Source of the DNA: Mesotaenium endlicherianum
Taxonomy: Eukaryota
Reading direction: 5' to 3'
DNA: 64,000 nt
Assembly: GCA_009602735.1 (NCBI GenBank)
Contig: WELA01000963.1
Span: forward strand, 124,025 to 188,024
In this document: positions 60,701-64,000 of the stretch, piece by piece
Numbering within the stretch: the stretch's first letter is position 1
Layout: the number at the start of each line of letters is the position of its first letter
Position numbers and translations under genes: made by a program
The notes under the pieces: model-generated
The model's input: only the letters and a program-made list of their open reading frames with translations
The model's database searches: none
Told to the model about the DNA's origin: nothing

Positions 60701-62158
60701 CGCTGTCCCTGCCCTGCCCTGCCCTGCCCTGCTCTGCTCTGCTGAACTCTGCTCTTTGCTCTCTCACATCCCCCCCCCCCTCTCCCCCCCGGCCTTGTTG
60801 ATGAGTGGGAAACGGGGGAGGGTACTACATTCGTGCCGTTGCGTTCCGTCATCTGTATTCTTCTTTGAGGTCCCGGTACTGCGTCGCTGGCGGTGGGGGG
60901 CACCCTTTTCTGTGTCCGAGAGAGGGTGGCATGGGCGTGAGCATCTGGCGCAGATTGAGGCGGCAGCGCGGCGGATGTGGCGGACGGCACTGGCGAGCCT
61001 GGCAGGGATGGAGTGTCTGCTGTGGTCCCTGTCAGCCCCAGAAAGGAGGGAGAAGGCAAGAGCGCGGACCAGCGTGCTTGCAGGCTCCTGCTTGCTGGAT
61101 TGCGGGATGGCGGTTTCAGACTCCAATTTACTTGCCGTTTTGCAATGTGGACACTCCAAGGCCCTCGCCTTTTTTTTTATTTGAACAGTCTCCAACCATA
61201 TGAGCATCCGCTTCTCTTCTCCCTCTATCTTTCCCTCTCTCTTCCGCTCTTCCTCACACACGCACGCGCGCTCACACCCACACCCGCACCCGCCCACTCG
61301 ACTCCCTCCCTCCTCTTTATGGCCGTCCGACAGGTACTTGAAGGGAAGCCCGCTCTTCAACAAGACTCCTGAAATTCCAGAGGTGCTGACAACCGGCGTC
61401 GGCGCCGTGGCCGGGGCAGCAGCGTCCGTGACGCCATCCCCTGAGGCATTGTTGCCAGTCCTGGCAGCAGCCGAGGCAGGACAGCTGGCACCTGAGGATG
61501 CATCAGTGCTTGTGGCCGGCGGCGATGCAAAGGAGGCCCCCGTGTCCTTCCAGAACCGCATTGTGGGCCAAGGTTACAAGCAGGTACGTGCGTCATACTC
61601 CATTCTGATGCTGCTTGATGCTATGAATGGATGGTTGAGCCTTGTGAGTCGTGCATCTGGAAAGGGGTAGGAGTCCCCAGCCGCTGCCGAGCTGCTGCTG
61701 ACCTACTTGCACCTGCTCCGGGCGTACGTTCGTTCATTCACCCGTTGTCAAGCCGTGCAGCTGAGAAAGTCATTGCTTCGATATTTGCGCGCTAGCAGTT
61801 ACAAGGGTGCCACATCTGGAGGTAGCGTTCTTCAGCAGACCCTATGCTGCTGCTGCTGCCTCTGCTCCTGCTGCTGCTCCTGCTAGTGGAGGTGGTGGGA
61901 AGTCCAGTTGCGCACCATGTGTAACGACTGTGAGGTGGACTCGCCTGTGGCTGACGTGCGCGCGTGTGGCAGGTGTGCGGGCATGCGGAGGTGTGGGGTG
62001 ACGGCGTGGTGCCGGAGGTCTCGGCGCTGCTGGAGGGCGCGCATAACGTGGTGCTTCACGGCGTCTACCACTCGCCCGTGGGCGCGCAGGAGGGCGGCCG
62101 GCCCTGGTACGGCTCCAGGGGAGTGCTGGACCAGTGGGTGCACCATCTCCTGGAGTAG
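57733..62158 (+). CDS. PGAP1-like alpha/beta hydrolase (plant/cyanobacterial type) with putative plastid transit peptide
   Basis: Exons encode RPVVILP|GLGNNTGDY...VSRPDWLRNAAGLVDPNYWKGTLQPRPVLDW|YLERI...LIGHSAGGWLARLYL (GxSxG) ...LLTLGTPH, VVDQTRGLL.YV, GQGYKQ|VCG.AEVWGDGVVPEVSA..EGA..VYHSP..WYGS. Confidence 0.88.
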
Positions 62159-62958
62159 TCTCGGCCTGCCAACCTGCCGCTGCTGCTGCTGGGCTGGTGC
62201 CGCTGCAGCTTCTGCAAAACGCTTACCAGCACATTGCTGGCTGGCTGACTGACTTGATCTGCCTGCCTTGCTCTCGAGAGCGGGCATCTCGCCCTCGATG
62301 GCCCACATCGGAGCCTCAGCGACGCACAAGAGATGGGAGTACATTGATACGGGCTGTACTTTTGTTGATGTTAGGCTATGTAGTGTCATTCTTGAAATGC
62401 TGCACACAGTTGGTTGGGCAGAATATGGGAGCCCCCACTCGATTGTGACGTATCCGCATCTTTCACTGATACAAGCCAGGCGCTGTAGATATGGACAGTT
62501 CCGGTGCATCACCTCCTCAAGTATGTATTCCTAGTCATTGTAACCTTAGGGCGCAAGCATATATGTATCATTAAGCGAGGGGCCTGGAAGAGGCTGTTGC
62601 TGAGACTATCCTGCCATGCACTAATCCGGTGTGAATTGATACTCCAGTGAAAAAGATACCAGCAAGCTCAAAAAGGACATAGAGGATACTGGAATGGCAA
62701 CCCCTCCCATGCCCTGTGGTAATTGCAGGTCATATTCAGAACGATGATACAGAGATTTGCCAATTGCCTGGCCGTTGGACTTGTGTGGTCCACAAGCGTA
62801 TAACAAAGGAGCCATCTACCCCCCTTGTATTTTTTAGCTTCATGATTCTTGCGCTACACAACATGCCGTACGCGGTCAACAGACGTATGTACAGTGGTGT
62901 TGGTGACAGTCAACGCGCGGGCCACTGGTTTTCAACACGTGGTGCGCCAAGGACCGGG

Positions 62959-64000
62959 TCACTGGAGCTCGCCAATTGGCGCTTCGGAGAGCCAAAGATC
63001 GTGGATGTAGGAGTAGAGGTTGGCAGTCACGCTGACCTGCTCTCCTCGCACACCAACAAGCCGACTTTGAATCAGGTCAAAGTATGCCATCTTTGTACAT
63101 ACACATACTACTGACAGCCTATTTACACACACACATCACTCTGGAAGCTCACTTGGAACCCCCCACATGCACACTCCTTCACAAGCACAACCTGCCCCGA
63201 TCTGACCAACAATTGAGGGCACACCTGAGACTGAGCCTAGCACCAGTCTCCCCATCATGGAGCCACGCACACCCCACCCGCACCCCCACAAGCACGCGCA
63301 CGCCCAGTTTGAAAGGCCGTCCACAGAGCTCAACCTGAGACTTCAATTGCGTGGAACACAGTACGCGGCCACATGAAGTGCCAGAGGCACTGCATTGCAC
63401 GCACGCATGCCATAAGCTCGAACATGTTAGTGGAGTTGGAGTCCTAGGAAGGTGCACGTGCGCATGCACGCGTGCCTACAAGGCGGACGGCAGGGGAGCC
63501 CGGCCCACCTTGTAGGGGGTGGGATTGACGCTGCTGCGGATGTGGTCGGGCCGCATGGCCTTGAGCTGCGCCGCGCAGTGCTGCTTCAGATCTTTCAGGC
63601 TCGGCAGCGGCGCCTCCTCCTCGCCTGCCCCACACACCCGCACCACGCAACCGAGCGGCCGCCGCTCGATTCACTCGTGACCGCATGCACCCGAAGGCAA
63701 TCAGGAAAAGCACGCGCTACCTTCATGTAGACATGCACGTAGCCGCTCGTACTTTCGTATACACGCGCAGATTGCGCAGATTCATGCATACATGCATGCA
63801 CACGTGGCGCGAGCACGCGGATGTACCCGAGTTGCCGGCCCAGTAGCAGCGGTAGAGCGGCTCCACGCGGTGCGGGACCACGTGCGCGCGCTTGGACTCA
63901 CTGAAGGGGTGCCGGCACAGTATTCTCTGCCCCGCCTGCTCTCCCTCGCCGGCCACACCACCAGCAGGTGTGAGCGTGCGACAGCTGCATGCATCTGGCC
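62959..64000 (-). CDS. NAPRT: Nicotinate phosphoribosyltransferase, last three exons (5' part lies off the right edge)
   Basis: Exons ~63935-63827 ([27 protein letters not shown]), 63624-63509 ([26 protein letters not shown]) and 63036-62959 ([25 protein letters not shown]) match the plant NAPRT C-terminus. Confidence 0.9.

Noticed and set aside
29907..62158. Lipid/GPI functional cluster (PIG-X, DGAT2, PGAP1-like)
   Set aside because: The genes are interspersed with unrelated ones, and the PGAP1-like protein appears plastid-targeted. The grouping is likely coincidental.

Overview
Eukaryotic, intron-rich genomic DNA with plant-type genes and GC-rich, CA/AG-repeat-rich introns. It is most likely from a green alga, possibly a streptophyte alga (inference), and is a gapped draft scaffold. 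Spliced by hand, the host genes are: a head-to-head phosphate acetyltransferase (long type II Pta, minus strand, runs off the left edge) and acetate kinase pair; a very long PIG-X/PBN1-domain gene; a plant-type DGAT2; a tail-anchored TraB/TRABD gene; chlorophyll b reductase NOL; a PGAP1-like alpha/beta hydrolase; and the 3' end of nicotinate phosphoribosyltransferase. A 503-bp solo LTR with a 5-bp target-site duplication lies at 35840-36342. The main discovery is a ~17-kb accessory block (12026-29202). It holds a decayed, >20-exon gene whose splice phases join TWO tyrosine-recombinase (YR) domains into one predicted polypeptide, linked by a thrice-repeated helical module. Both YR domains lack the canonical HxxR histidine and resemble fungal Starship captain (DUF3435-type) recombinases by eye. 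No reverse transcriptase is visible. The block contains four same-orientation copies of an end module starting TGACCGTC, a second truncated YR copy, and 86-bp tandem repeats carrying two dyads each. This looks like an undescribed dual-YR DNA transposon family that accumulates in head-to-tail or nested arrays. Family assignments come from motif recognition only; no database search was run.
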